DNA of 64,000 nt from Terriglobia bacterium (lineage in GTDB: Bacteria; Acidobacteriota; Terriglobia; 20CM-2-55-15): NCBI GenBank assembly GCA_963664115.2, contig CAXWPJ010000010.1:32001-96000 (forward strand), in the 5' to 3' direction. The translations under genes were made by a program, and so were the position numbers. Under the pieces are notes generated by a model. That model saw only the letters and a program-made list of their open reading frames with translations, did no database searches and was not told the origin of the DNA. How positions within the stretch are numbered: position 1 is the stretch's first letter; the number at the start of each line of letters is the position of its first letter. Shown piece by piece: positions 1 through 8,955 of this stretch.

Positions 1-229
1 GAACCGGTGGGATTTCGATCTGGCCCTGGCCAAAATCGTCCGTTTTGGTGAAAGCCAATCGCTTGAGTTCCGAGTCGAGGCCTATAACGTGACAAACAGT
101 TTCCGGCCCGAAAGGCCCGGAGGCTTCGGAGCAGGCGCTTTCACAGACATCAGCAATCGAAGATTCGGTGTGATCCGCAACTCTGAAGCGCCGCGGATCC
201 TGCAGTTCGCACTGAAGTACGCGTTCTAA
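1..229 (+). CDS. C-terminal end of TonB-dependent (Oar-like) outer-membrane receptor, 5'-partial
   Basis: Frame 2 reads NRWDFDLALAK...LEFRVEAYNVTN...FGVIRNSEAPRILQFALKYAF*. This is a typical barrel C-terminus ending in Phe; TAA at 227-229. Confidence 0.85.
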   Translation, partial: NRWDFDLALAKIVRFGESQSLEFRVEAYNVTNSFRPERPGGFGAGAFTDISNRRFGVIRNSEAPRILQFALKYAF

Positions 230-259
230 GATCGCTCCTTCAGCGAATAGACGTTTCCA

Positions 260-298
260 AGGCCGGTGCGGGGTCAGACCCGCGCCGGCTCTTTATTT
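260..298 (+). terminator. Intrinsic terminator after the receptor gene
   Basis: Hairpin GCCGGTGCGGG/CCCGCGCCGGC followed by CTTTATTT. Confidence 0.65.
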
Positions 299-368
299 GC
301 CTGCCGGATTCGGGCATCCCTCTTCGAATACCTATTTCTCAAGAAGCGAGCCACGGATCCTTCCGACT

Positions 369-489
369 GTAGGTGCCGTCTATGAGGGCACAGCGCATTC
401 GCCTAAGTTTGTGCGCTCATAGAGCGCACCTACAGAAGACGTCTGGATACGTGCTCCCTCCTAACTGTAGGTGCGGTCTGCGACCGCAC
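369..489. repeat. Cluster of three GTAG-type REP palindromes (369-391, 411-433 inverted, 467-489)
   Basis: GTAGGTGCCGTCTATGAGGGCAC; GTGCGCTCATAGAGCGCACCTAC; GTAGGTGCGGTCTGCGACCGCAC. Each is GTAG plus an imperfect palindrome, in alternating orientation. Confidence 0.75.
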
Positions 490-620
490 GGTGCGTCGGG
501 GCCCGGGTGATATGGGGGGGGGGCCACGTCCGTCGCCGACGAGCCCTGACTGGGGGTACACCCTCTCCCTTGCCCGCATTAGTCTAAATAAGACACAATA
601 CTCCGGTTGGGCATAGTGCC

Positions 621-650
621 ATTCCGTTCAGTTCCGTTCCGTTCCGTTCG
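621..650. repeat. Pentanucleotide tandem repeat (GTTCC)-like x6
   Basis: ATTCC GTTCA GTTCC GTTCC GTTCC GTTCG. Confidence 0.8.
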
Positions 651-669
651 AGTTGAAGCGCAGGTGGAA

Positions 670-2361
670 GTGAACCGATATCGAATAGCCAGTCTACTGC
701 TTGTGGTTCCCCTGTCAGGGGCGGGCCTCTTCGCGCAGGACAGCGGATTTCCTGGCCTATTTGACGTTGCCGGGGAAGTCGGTGTCACGCTCGAGAACAT
801 CAGCGGCGAGGCGAGTGCTGACTACGTTATCCAGTCGACGGGTAATGGTGCTGGTTTCGTTGATTACGACAACGACGGCGACTTGGATCTGGTGATCGTG
901 AACGGCTCGACGCTGGAGGGGTACGCCCAAGGTGGAGATCCGATTGCCGCCCTGTATGAAAACCGAGACGGGATTTTCTCTGACGTGACCCGGCAGGCAG
1001 GTCTGGAAGCGAGAGGTTGGGGGCAGGGTGTCTGCGTCGCGGACTACGACAATGATGGGAACCGTGACCTCTACCTCACGGCTTTCGGTCGGAATCTGCT
1101 CTACCGTAACAGCGGCGATGGGACCTTTGCCGAGACGGCTGTGGTGGCCGGCGTTGCGGATGAGCGCTGGAGCACGAACTGTGCGTTTGGCGATTACGAC
1201 CGCGACGGCAACGTGGATTTGTACGTCGCCAACTATGTGAGGTTTGATCCAGCGGTCGTTCCCCGACGCGGAGAGAGCAACGATTCGACGTGCCTCTACG
1301 TGGGCACTCCGGTTTTCTGCGGACCGCGCGGGTTGGATGGCGAGCCTGATGCGTTGTATCGCAACAACGGGGATGGTACCTTCTCGGATGTGACGACAGC
1401 GGCCCACATCGCCGCCCCGGGGCACTACGGTTTTGGGGTGGTCTTCAGCGATTTCGACAATGACGGGTGGTCCGACATCTACGTGGCCAACGACTCGGTA
1501 GCGAATTTTTTGTTCAGGAACAATCAGGACGGGACATTTGAGGACATCGGTCTGATTTCGGGTACGTCGTTGAACCAGATGGGCTTCGAGCAAGCAGGCA
1601 TGGGACTCGGAGTCGGCGACTACGACGGCAACGGTCACCTGGACATTTACGTGACCAATTTTTCTCAGGATACCAACACGCTCTATCAGAACGTAGGGGA
1701 CATGTTCTTCCTGGAAGTGACGGCCGAAGCGGGGACCGGCCAGGCATCATATCCGAATGTGGGCTGGGGAACGGGATTCGCCGACCTGGACAACGACGGG
1801 TGGCTGGATCTCTTCGTAGCGAACGGACATGTCTATCCTTCGGTCGATGATCTCGATGTCAACACGCGCTACAGGCAGCGAAAAGAGGTCTATCGCAACC
1901 TCGGTGACGGGACCTTCGAGGAAATCGCGGAGGATATGGAAGGAGATGTCTTGACCGCGCAGCCTTCGCGCGGTGCCGCATTTGGAGATTACGATAACGA
2001 CGGTGATCTCGACATAATCACGATCAATATGAATCAAGCGCCCAGCCTGTACCGGAACGAGGGTGGCAACCGGAGCCACTGGATCGGTTTCCGCCTCGAG
2101 GGTGTTTCGAGCAACCGGGATGCGATCGGCGCCAGAGTCGAAATCGATGTGGCCGGCCGAACGCAGGTGGGGGAGGTTCGGAGCGGCGGCAGCTACCTTT
2201 CTCATAACGACATGCGTGTGCACTTCGGTCTGGGAGAAGCCGAGCGCGTCGAGGCCATCCGAATCCGGTGGCCCAACGGCAACACAGAGGCGTTGGACGG
2301 CATCGATGCCGATCGCTATGTGACGATACGCGAGGGGATGGGTTTCATTGATGTCCGTTAG
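670..2361 (+). CDS. CRTAC1-family FG-GAP/VCBS repeat protein with C-terminal ASPIC/UnbV domain
   Basis: Signal peptide, many DxDNDGxxDL repeats, and C-terminal NRDAIGARV...GGSYLS...HFGLG...IRWPNG. Start placed at GTG 670; the ORF is open from 607. Confidence 0.88.
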   Translation: MNRYRIASLLLVVPLSGAGLFAQDSGFPGLFDVAGEVGVTLENISGEASADYVIQSTGNGAGFVDYDNDGDLDLVIVNGSTLEGYAQGGDPIAALYENRDGIFSDVTRQAGLEARGWGQGVCVADYDNDGNRDLYLTAFGRNLLYRNSGDGTFAETAVVAGVADERWSTNCAFGDYDRDGNVDLYVANYVRFDPAVVPRRGESNDSTCLYVGTPVFCGPRGLDGEPDALYRNNGDGTFSDVTTAAHIAAPGHYGFGVVFSDFDNDGWSDIYVANDSVANFLFRNNQDGTFEDIGLISGTSLNQMGFEQAGMGLGVGDYDGNGHLDIYVTNFSQDTNTLYQNVGDMFFLEVTAEAGTGQASYPNVGWGTGFADLDNDGWLDLFVANGHVYPSVDDLDVNTRYRQRKEVYRNLGDGTFEEIAEDMEGDVLTAQPSRGAAFGDYDNDGDLDIITINMNQAPSLYRNEGGNRSHWIGFRLEGVSSNRDAIGARVEIDVAGRTQVGEVRSGGSYLSHNDMRVHFGLGEAERVEAIRIRWPNGNTEALDGIDADRYVTIREGMGFIDVR

Positions 2362-4093
2362 AGGGAGACTGGCCATCACGGGGAAGCGAATCCTTTGGAC
2401 AATCGCTGTCCTCAGTCTCACCGCGTCCAACGCCGCCGCCCTGCAGGCCGACCGTGTCGGTTTGCGCCTCCTGGTCGTTGGGACCGAAGCCGAGGCAGCT
2501 GACCTGCGAAGCCAGATCGAAGGCGGGGCGGCATTCGAACTCATTGCCCGCGACCATTCGCTGGACCCGACGGCCGCCTCCGGAGGCTACCTCGGTACGT
2601 TTGCCATCAGCGACCTGCGAACCGAGTACCGGGATGCGCTTCGAGGACTCGCTCCGGGCGAACTCAGCCCGATATCCAGTATCGATAGTGGTTATTTCCT
2701 GTTTCAGTTGCTGAGTGAACACGAAGAGCACTGGATCGCAGCCCGCGAAGAAGGCTTCCGCGCGTTTCAACGCGGAAGCTATGCCCAGTCTCTGGAGTCT
2801 TACGAAATTGCTCTCGAAGCAGCCGAACGCTTCGGTCTCCAAGATTCCCGACTGGGGAAAAGCCTCGACGACCTGGCTGGGGTTCACTATCTCCGGGGGA
2901 GTTACCGGGACGCTGTATCTCTCTATCGCAGATCCATGCCGATTCGCTGGGCGAGGCCGTCGGCGGACCTGCCCCCGGACGTTGGCGGTATGCTCGAGGA
3001 TTTTACAGCGCTGCTCAGTCTCGCATACTTCAGGGGCGAAGCGTTTGATCAAGCCCGGGAGGAGTACGAAGCTGCGATTAACCAGATGCCGTTGACCGAA
3101 GATCTGTACACGGCCATGACCAGCATGTTCTCGGTGGCCGAACTGGCCGAGGAAGCGGAAATGGTTTTGTTGGAGGCTGTGGAGGCGTTTCCGGATTCCA
3201 GGCTTCTCCGCTATGACTTGGGCCAGCAAGCTGTGGTGTTGGGGAAGCCGATCCAGGCCCTGGAGGTGTTCGAAGCCGCGAACGCGATCGATCAGATCCC
3301 AGGCGATTCCGCCGATCGACTGCAACGGAGTTTAATCTACCAGGGAATTGGGAACCTGCACGTCGAGCTGTTTCAATATGACGATGCGTTCGAGGCCTAC
3401 CAGGAGGCCGTGGAATTGGACCCGAGTAGTGTCGACGTGCATCTGTCGCTGGTTGATATCTATGTCAGTCGCGACGAAATCGAGAATGCATTGGCCGAGC
3501 TCGAATACGCCTTGTCCCTGGATCCCGACAATGTGCAGGCCTATTCGGGACTTGCGCAGGTACACCTGAAATCGGGAAGGTTCGAGGAATCCTTAGCAGC
3601 GGCCGAGAAGGCTCTCGAAATCGACCCGACCACCTACGGCACCCACTATTTCGCGGCGAGGGCAATGATTCGCCTGGGAATGAGAGAGGAAGGACGGGAG
3701 GAAATGCGCCGGTATCAGGAACTCCTGGCCAACGCGGAACAGGACGATCTCGACATACGTACGCTCAGCCGACGTGCTGGGGAGCTGGCCCTCGGCGGGG
3801 AGGGCCCCGAAGCGATTGCCGCGCTCGAGAGTCTAATCGAAACCTACCCCGATCAGGTCCTCCCGCGCCTGAATCTCGGATTCGCACAGCGCGAATTGGG
3901 TTTGCATCAGTCGGCGATCGATACGTTCCAGACGATGGTGGAGGAGGGACTGGACGGCGTTATGGTCCAGCGAAATCTGGCCGTCGAATACGAGGCTCTC
4001 GGCGATGTCCAGGCGCGCGACCGGCATCAGGCTGCGTTTTTCCAGAGAATGAACGCCTTCCTGACGGAAATGGCCAACTACCAACCGGAGTGA
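2348..4093 (+). CDS. Secreted parvulin (PpiC-type rotamase) domain + TPR repeat protein
   Basis: FELIARDHSLDPTAASGGYLG...GELSPI...GYFLFQL rotamase motif followed by multiple TPRs. Overlaps the upstream stop. Confidence 0.8.
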   Translation: MMSVRGRLAITGKRILWTIAVLSLTASNAAALQADRVGLRLLVVGTEAEAADLRSQIEGGAAFELIARDHSLDPTAASGGYLGTFAISDLRTEYRDALRGLAPGELSPISSIDSGYFLFQLLSEHEEHWIAAREEGFRAFQRGSYAQSLESYEIALEAAERFGLQDSRLGKSLDDLAGVHYLRGSYRDAVSLYRRSMPIRWARPSADLPPDVGGMLEDFTALLSLAYFRGEAFDQAREEYEAAINQMPLTEDLYTAMTSMFSVAELAEEAEMVLLEAVEAFPDSRLLRYDLGQQAVVLGKPIQALEVFEAANAIDQIPGDSADRLQRSLIYQGIGNLHVELFQYDDAFEAYQEAVELDPSSVDVHLSLVDIYVSRDEIENALAELEYALSLDPDNVQAYSGLAQVHLKSGRFEESLAAAEKALEIDPTTYGTHYFAARAMIRLGMREEGREEMRRYQELLANAEQDDLDIRTLSRRAGELALGGEGPEAIAALESLIETYPDQVLPRLNLGFAQRELGLHQSAIDTFQTMVEEGLDGVMVQRNLAVEYEALGDVQARDRHQAAFFQRMNAFLTEMANYQPE

Positions 4094-4334
4094 ATGGTAA
4101 ATAGACAGCCCGTGGCAGAAGTCTCCAGGGCCGCGTTACGGCCAAACGGAGCTGGATTCCAGGAGACGCCTTGGCGTCGACGCGACGTCACGACGACGAG
4201 ACAATGCTCACACATTGGGAGGAGTCGGCGACAACGAAAACGGCCCCGTTTCGCCGTAACCCTTCGGGCGCAGCGGGGGGCGGGCCGCTAGGGTTTCACT
4301 GGCGTTGATATTTCTGTAGCTTCAAAGTTTTTTC

Positions 4335-7229
4335 TTGAATACTCTTCGGCCTGAAAAGCCGACTTCGTGGATCTGGACTATGGGACTCGGTGAAGCAATC
4401 GACAGATGGGGCACCCTCCGGTTCCCAGCCGTTCTTCTTGTCTTGTTGCTCCTCACCGGTACTCACCTGTACTTGTTTCCGACCGGATCACTTTTGTTTG
4501 TGATCGTTGTTTTCCTCCACGTGTTCGGCGGCGTGGTGATGACCGGTTGGCTGGTGCGACTGCTGTCCCGGAATTTCGTAAACTATTCTCTCCCGGCCCG
4601 CACAGGCTGGTTGTTTCTTTCCGTGGGTGCGGGACTGGGTATCGCGCTGATTTTCACCGGGACGCCGCGATCTTACGTCCCGTGGCTATATGCTCACATC
4701 GGATTGTGCCTGCTCGGCCTTGTTGTCCTCTGCTCCGCAGAGGCTCGTGGTAAGGGGAAAGCAGGCCGGGCCACGCTGATTCTTCGGGTGGGCGCGCTGA
4801 CGCTTGCGGTCGGGGTCGGGGCCGTGGCCGCCGCGGGCTTTCGGGCACTCGGGTATGAGGGCTCTGTCATCGCCAACCCCGACGTGCCTCCCGCCAGCAT
4901 GGACGGAGAAGGCGGCGGCCCGGCGGGTCTCTTCTTTCCCAGCTCGGCCGAGACCAGCACCGATGGGTATGTCCCCGCAGATTTCTTCATGGAATCACAG
5001 AAATGTCAACGCTGCCACGAAGACATTTACGATCAGTGGTACTCCTCAGCGCATCATTTTTCCTCCTTCAACAACCAGTGGTACCGCAAAGCCGTCGAGT
5101 ATATGCAGGAGGTGGTTGGGCCCGGGCCCTCCAAGTGGTGCGGGGGGTGCCACGATCCGGCCCTTCTCTTCAGCGGTCTGATGGACACGCCGGTCGAGGA
5201 AATTCTCGACCGTCCCGAGTCTCAGGCCGGCCTGGGTTGCGTGATGTGCCATTCCATCTCTGTGAAAAGTACGATGGGACAGGGGGATTACACGATCGAA
5301 TACCCGCCGATGTATCGGTTGGCGACCAGCGAGAACCCCATTGTGCGGACCCTTCACGACTTCGTCGTCAAGGTCAGTCCGGAAGCGCACCGCCGCACTT
5401 TTATGAAGCCTTTCGTGCGCGAACAAACAGCCGAGTTATGCTCGGCTTGCCACAAGGTGCATCTGGATTCTCCGGTCAACAACTACCGGTGGATTCGCGG
5501 TTTCAACGATTACGACAGCTGGCAGGCCAGCGGCGTGTCCGGGGAGGGGGCGCGTTCTTTCTACTACCCGGCCGAGCCTCAAACGTGCACCGACTGCCAT
5601 ATGCCGATGATTTCTTCGCTTGACGCCGGCAATCAGGGCGGACTGGTGCACTCCCACCGCTTCCCTGCGGCCAACACGGCGTTGCCGGTGGCGAACCGGG
5701 ACCAGGCTCAACTCGATGCCACCGAAGAGTTCTTGACGAATGACATCGTCAGCGTTGATATCTTTGCGCTTTCTCGCGCTCGACCCAGGCAGATTGTGGC
5801 AGGGGGAGGGCGGACGGGCGATCTCTCCACCACCTTCGCTGTTGGAGAAGAAGCAGATCCGGGAAGAACGTTCGGCTTCCCCGAAACGTCGTCGCCGGTT
5901 ACTGCCCCAATCGATCGGACCCAACCGCGCGTCGGCCGAGGTGATTCCCTCCGAGTCGACGTGGTCGTTCGGACCCGTCAGGTCGGGCATTTTTTCCCCG
6001 CGGGAACTGTCGATGCTTTCGATGTCTGGGTCGAGTTGGTCGCGACAGACGACAGTGGGAAAGTCATATTCTGGAGTGGAATGGTCGAGGAAGAGGGGCG
6101 GGGTCCGGTCGAAAGAGGAGCGCATTTTTATCGATCGCTTTCGCTGGATGCTCATGGGAACCCTATCGACAAACGAAACGCCTGGGCGGCGCGCGCGGTT
6201 GTCTACGTGAACTTGATTCCTCCGGGTGCCGCCGACACCGTTCATTTTCGGTTGGAGATACCCGAGGACGCCGGCCCGGAGATTCATTTGGAGGCAAAGG
6301 TCCACTATCGAAAGTTTTCATGGTCGAACACGCGTTTCTCATACGCAGGAATCCGCGAGAGCGGCAGTGGGGGTCTGACTCCGGACTACGACGACGGGAC
6401 GTGGCGATTTGATGGCGACACTGCCAACGTTTCCGGTGAACTCAAGCAGATACCGGAGCTTCCAATCGTGACCTTGGCTGAGGATAGGGTGACGCTTCGG
6501 GTCGTGGACGCCGAGGCTGCGGTTGACGAGGAGGAAATCGTGATCGACACAACGGACTGGGAACGCTGGAACGACTACGGCATAGGACTGCTGCTCCAGG
6601 GAGATCTGAGAGGCGCAGAGGCGGCCTTCGGGCGGGCAACCGAGGCGGACCCTGAAAACGTCGACGGTTGGGTCAATATCGGCCGGGTTCGTGTTCGTGA
6701 AGGGAACCCCGAAGGCGCCCGGGAGGTGTTGGAAAGGGCTCTGGCGATGGAGCCCGACCTCGCACGCGCCAATTTCTTTTTTGCCCGTGTTCTCCGCGAT
6801 GAAGGCAACTTTGACCAGGCGCTCGAGCATTTGGATCGGGTCACGGCCGCCTACCCTCGCGACCGGGTCGTGTGGAATGAAATCGGACGCATCCGTTTCC
6901 TCCAGCGCCGTTACGAGGACGCAGTCGTCGCGTTGAGGCGTGTCTTGGAGATTGACCCGGAAGACCTCATGGCCCATTACAACCTGATGTTGTCCTACAG
7001 CGGTCTGAACGATGAAGGCCGCGCAGTCGAACATCAGCAGTTCTATCTGCGCTTCAAGGCCGATGAATCGGCTCAAGCGATCACCGGTCGATACTTGCGC
7101 GAGCATCCGGAAGACAACCTGGAACGTCAGCCGATTCACGAACACGGTTCGGTGCCCCTCCCCGAACCTTCCCAACCTCCGGCAACGACCGAGTTGGCGA
7201 CATCAACGAACGATGGAGGAAGGCGGTGA
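4335..7229 (+). CDS. Membrane-anchored pentaheme c-type cytochrome with C-terminal TPR repeats
   Basis: About 5 N-terminal hydrophobic helices; CQRCH, CGGCH, CVMCH, CSACH, CTDCH; TPRs at the C-terminus. The true start may be ATG 4380. Confidence 0.85.
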   Translation: MNTLRPEKPTSWIWTMGLGEAIDRWGTLRFPAVLLVLLLLTGTHLYLFPTGSLLFVIVVFLHVFGGVVMTGWLVRLLSRNFVNYSLPARTGWLFLSVGAGLGIALIFTGTPRSYVPWLYAHIGLCLLGLVVLCSAEARGKGKAGRATLILRVGALTLAVGVGAVAAAGFRALGYEGSVIANPDVPPASMDGEGGGPAGLFFPSSAETSTDGYVPADFFMESQKCQRCHEDIYDQWYSSAHHFSSFNNQWYRKAVEYMQEVVGPGPSKWCGGCHDPALLFSGLMDTPVEEILDRPESQAGLGCVMCHSISVKSTMGQGDYTIEYPPMYRLATSENPIVRTLHDFVVKVSPEAHRRTFMKPFVREQTAELCSACHKVHLDSPVNNYRWIRGFNDYDSWQASGVSGEGARSFYYPAEPQTCTDCHMPMISSLDAGNQGGLVHSHRFPAANTALPVANRDQAQLDATEEFLTNDIVSVDIFALSRARPRQIVAGGGRTGDLSTTFAVGEEADPGRTFGFPETSSPVTAPIDRTQPRVGRGDSLRVDVVVRTRQVGHFFPAGTVDAFDVWVELVATDDSGKVIFWSGMVEEEGRGPVERGAHFYRSLSLDAHGNPIDKRNAWAARAVVYVNLIPPGAADTVHFRLEIPEDAGPEIHLEAKVHYRKFSWSNTRFSYAGIRESGSGGLTPDYDDGTWRFDGDTANVSGELKQIPELPIVTLAEDRVTLRVVDAEAAVDEEEIVIDTTDWERWNDYGIGLLLQGDLRGAEAAFGRATEADPENVDGWVNIGRVRVREGNPEGAREVLERALAMEPDLARANFFFARVLRDEGNFDQALEHLDRVTAAYPRDRVVWNEIGRIRFLQRRYEDAVVALRRVLEIDPEDLMAHYNLMLSYSGLNDEGRAVEHQQFYLRFKADESAQAITGRYLREHPEDNLERQPIHEHGSVPLPEPSQPPATTELATSTNDGGRR

Positions 7230-8917
7230 GAGGAGCCCCAGGTCTGGTCTTAATTCTTTCGACACTGTTTGCCCCACCTTCGGCGCTGATGGGCCAGGAC
7301 ATGTCGACGATCAGGTTCGAAGCGATCACAACGGCGGCGGGCATCGACTTTACCCATAACAGCGGTGCGAGCGGGAACAGGTACCTTCCCGAAACAATGG
7401 GCCCTGGCGCTGGTTTCATGGACTATAACAGCGACGGGTGGCCGGACATCATACTCGTTAACGGTACCCACTGGCCGGGTGAGAGCGGACTGGCTTCCAC
7501 CCCGAAACTGTACAGAAACAACAAGAATGGGACTTTTTCCGATGTGACCGAGGCCGCGGGTTTGGCCGTGGAGATGTACGGCATGGGAGTCGGGGTCGCT
7601 GACTATGACAACGACGGCGACCAGGACCTGTTTTTGAGCGCACTGGGCCAGAACCGCCTCTATCGCAACGATGGCGCCGGGACGTTCGCCGACAGAACGA
7701 GTCAAGCCGGAATGCTGGGGCCGGAAGAGTTCAGCACCAGCGTCGCCTGGTCCGATTACGACCGGGATGGCCATGTTGACTTGTTCGTTGCCAATTACAT
7801 CCAATGGTCTGTCGAAAGCGATTTATACTGCACGCTGGACGGAACCCGGAAATCCTATTGCACGCCTGAATCCTACGGCGGAGTTTCGATGCGGCTCTGG
7901 CGTAACAATGGCGATGGCACGTTTCGAGATGCCACCCGGGAGGCGGGTGTCTTCGACCCCGATTCGAAGAGCCTGGGTATAGCGGTATTCGACTACGATC
8001 AAGACGATTGGCCTGACATCATGCTCGTTAACGATACCGAACCCAACAAGCTCTATCGTAACAGGGGTGATGGAACGTTCGAGGAGCGGGGAATGCTGTC
8101 CGGCGTTGCCTTGAGCGAGGATGGCGTGGCACGGGCTGGAATGGGCGTGGACACGGCAGACTACGACCGGTCGGGCTACCCCAGCGTCATCATCGGCAAT
8201 TTTTCCAACCAGATGCTTGCCTTGTACCACAACGAAGGCAACGGTCTGTTTATCGACGAGGCGCCCCGGTCTCAGCTGGGACGCAGGAGCCTGCCGACCC
8301 TGAGCTTTGCCTGTCTTTTTTTTGACTATGACCTGGATGGGTGGCCAGACATCCTGGCGGCGAACGGGCATATCGAAGATGAAATCGAGCGGGTGCAAGT
8401 CCGTATTAAGCATGCCCAACCGCTCCACCTCTTCCGCAATCGGGCGGGTCAAGGCTTCGAGGAAGTGACTGCGTCTCTTGGTGACGCGTTCGGAGCGCCC
8501 AGGGTCGCCCGGGCCGCTGCATACGCCGACATCGACAACGACGGCGACCTGGATGTGCTGATCACCACGAACGGCGGTCGCGCCGAGTTGTTTCGGAACG
8601 ACGGCAGAATCCATCGCAGTCTCCAGATTCGCCTGGTCGGGACCCGTTCTAATCGGGACGGACTGGGAGCAAAGGTTACGGTAACGGCGGGAGGTGAGCG
8701 TCAGACACAGACCCTCCACAGCGGAGCGGGCTATCTGTCCCAAAGTGAGCTTCGTTTGACCTTCGGTCTCGCCGAACATGAGGAGGCGGAGGTCGTTGAA
8801 GTCCGCTGGACCAGTGGTGCGGTCGACCGGTTGACGAACGTGGCGGCCGGAAGCACGGTGAGGGTGGAAGAAGGACAGGGACTCGTCGGGTCGGAACCAT
8901 TCGGCGTCCGTGACTAG
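7226..8917 (+). CDS. CRTAC1-family FG-GAP repeat protein with ASPIC/UnbV domain
   Basis: Signal peptide, YLPETMGPG, DYDNDGDQDL repeats, GYLSQSELRLTFGL. GTGA overlap with the upstream gene. Confidence 0.88.
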   Translation: MRGAPGLVLILSTLFAPPSALMGQDMSTIRFEAITTAAGIDFTHNSGASGNRYLPETMGPGAGFMDYNSDGWPDIILVNGTHWPGESGLASTPKLYRNNKNGTFSDVTEAAGLAVEMYGMGVGVADYDNDGDQDLFLSALGQNRLYRNDGAGTFADRTSQAGMLGPEEFSTSVAWSDYDRDGHVDLFVANYIQWSVESDLYCTLDGTRKSYCTPESYGGVSMRLWRNNGDGTFRDATREAGVFDPDSKSLGIAVFDYDQDDWPDIMLVNDTEPNKLYRNRGDGTFEERGMLSGVALSEDGVARAGMGVDTADYDRSGYPSVIIGNFSNQMLALYHNEGNGLFIDEAPRSQLGRRSLPTLSFACLFFDYDLDGWPDILAANGHIEDEIERVQVRIKHAQPLHLFRNRAGQGFEEVTASLGDAFGAPRVARAAAYADIDNDGDLDVLITTNGGRAELFRNDGRIHRSLQIRLVGTRSNRDGLGAKVTVTAGGERQTQTLHSGAGYLSQSELRLTFGLAEHEEAEVVEVRWTSGAVDRLTNVAAGSTVRVEEGQGLVGSEPFGVRD

Positions 8918-8955
8918 CCGCGAAATCGAACGTTTTACGAAAAGAGACCTCAGAT

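Noticed and set aside
369-489. Possible mini-CRISPR array
   Set aside because: The units alternate in orientation, are degenerate and have no cas genes nearby; they fit REP elements.
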